A stretch of DNA of 64,000 nt from assembly GCF_006345805.1 (NCBI RefSeq), contig NC_042999.1, positions 108,562,001 through 108,626,000 of the forward strand, in the 5' to 3' direction. The notes under the pieces are model-generated. The model was not told where the DNA came from. It did no database searches and saw only the letters and a program-made list of their open reading frames with translations. This DNA is from Octopus sinensis (lineage: Eukaryota). The position numbers were made by a program, and so were the translations under genes. This document shows, in pieces, positions 62,836 to 64,000 of this stretch (its first letter is position 1; every line of letters starts with the position of its first letter).

Positions 62836-64000
62836 ATATATTTTTTATACTTGTATGCATTTCAGCCCAAAGAGACTTATTCTTTAAAGCTGTTAGTCTG
62901 TAATTTAAAGCTTTGGTTACAGTCAGATGCTTTTAATTTCTTATAAAATGTATATTCAAGATATCTAAATTTCGTATTCACTTGTGATAAATGGAATAAC
63001 TATCTTCATGCTACCAGAATAATTTTGAAAAGCAAATGATAAAAATCATATTCTGAATCATCCCAATAAAAGTATATTCTAATATGGGACAAAGTTACTA
63101 AATACTCTCTTTAATAATGAAGTTGTGATTATTTTTCTAAAACTATCTTGTATACATCCCACATGTTTACTCTTAGAGCTCATAAAATAATTCCTTAAAG
63201 GTTTGGTCATGCTGCTTTCCTGTGCCAAAACACACTTTTATATTGTACATGAAATGGTTGTCTCAATTCAAAGACATTGAAATTAGTTCTACCGCCAAGA
63301 TGTTTAGATGAATTAAATAAAGGTTTCTCTAGATTATATTGTTACAATTTCCTTTTATTTGTGAATTTGACCATTAATGTAAATTATGTTTAAAATGGAA
63401 AAAATTTTTTTATTGTCAATGATCATTATATAATGGAATTTGTTTTAGCTATGATTTATACCTAAGTTGGCATTCTTTGAGCAAACATCAAAAGTTATTC
63501 GAATGTGTGACCGCCTTATCTATTTTTTCCAAGAATTGTGTCATCTGAACTACATTATTCAAGGTGCCATTTTTTTTAATTAAAAAAACTATTGGATAGT
63601 TTTGAGAAAAAAATTATGGCTATTTCTAGTAGGTTCAGTGACTATAATTGTTAGTATAAGTGGCAGAAACGGTGGAACAAAAGATGAAATTCTCTGCAAT
63701 ACTTAGTTTCTGTTTCATGTCTTCTAAGATCAAAGGTCACTAGAATTGCCATTGTCTTTCATCATTTCAAAAAGTATTATGATTGATTTAATCAATTGTT
63801 CTATTTCTCTTGAAATGCTGTCATGTGATGAAGAAGTTTATTTTGCAATTACACATGTTTCAAGTTCTAATCACTAGATGCAGCATCTTAGGGAAATGTC
63901 TTCAGGTCAATCTAAGTTTTCTGAGTGAAACTGGGTTGACAAAAACTGTGCAGAAGCTCATTGTAGTACACCTATTCTGTGGTATTATTGCATAACCTAA

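Overview
AT-rich eukaryotic genomic DNA, very probably from an octopus (Octopodidae). This is judged from SINE/RTE-LINE/MITE families I recognise and the dense (AT)n/(CA)n/(AAT)n/(GAT)n microsatellites. Only one convincing host coding segment is present: a 1.43-kb + strand exon (ATG 59765, probable donor after 61193). It encodes a low-complexity, probably N-myristoylated N-terminus with four RxRxxS motifs; the gene is not identified. The other ~59 kb looks like long intronic or upstream sequence filled with interspersed repeats. These are: decayed RTE-clade LINEs (three ORF2-bearing copies of one family with a PHD-type zinc finger inside ORF2, plus two other RTE fragments and many 3' tails), a Hero-like RLE retrotransposon remnant, a Penelope-like fragment with a minimal hammerhead ribozyme, two tRNA-derived SINE heads (A, B) joined to interchangeable tails, hAT and piggyBac-like MITEs, and a 189-bp near-perfect palindrome. 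Several strong polypyrimidine-AG|GT sites on the + strand suggest recursive splicing or micro-exons. No rRNA, genuine tRNA or CRISPR was seen. Almost all short ORFs in the track are microsatellite or repeat artefacts. Repeat boundaries were read by eye and are approximate unless a TSD/TIR is quoted.
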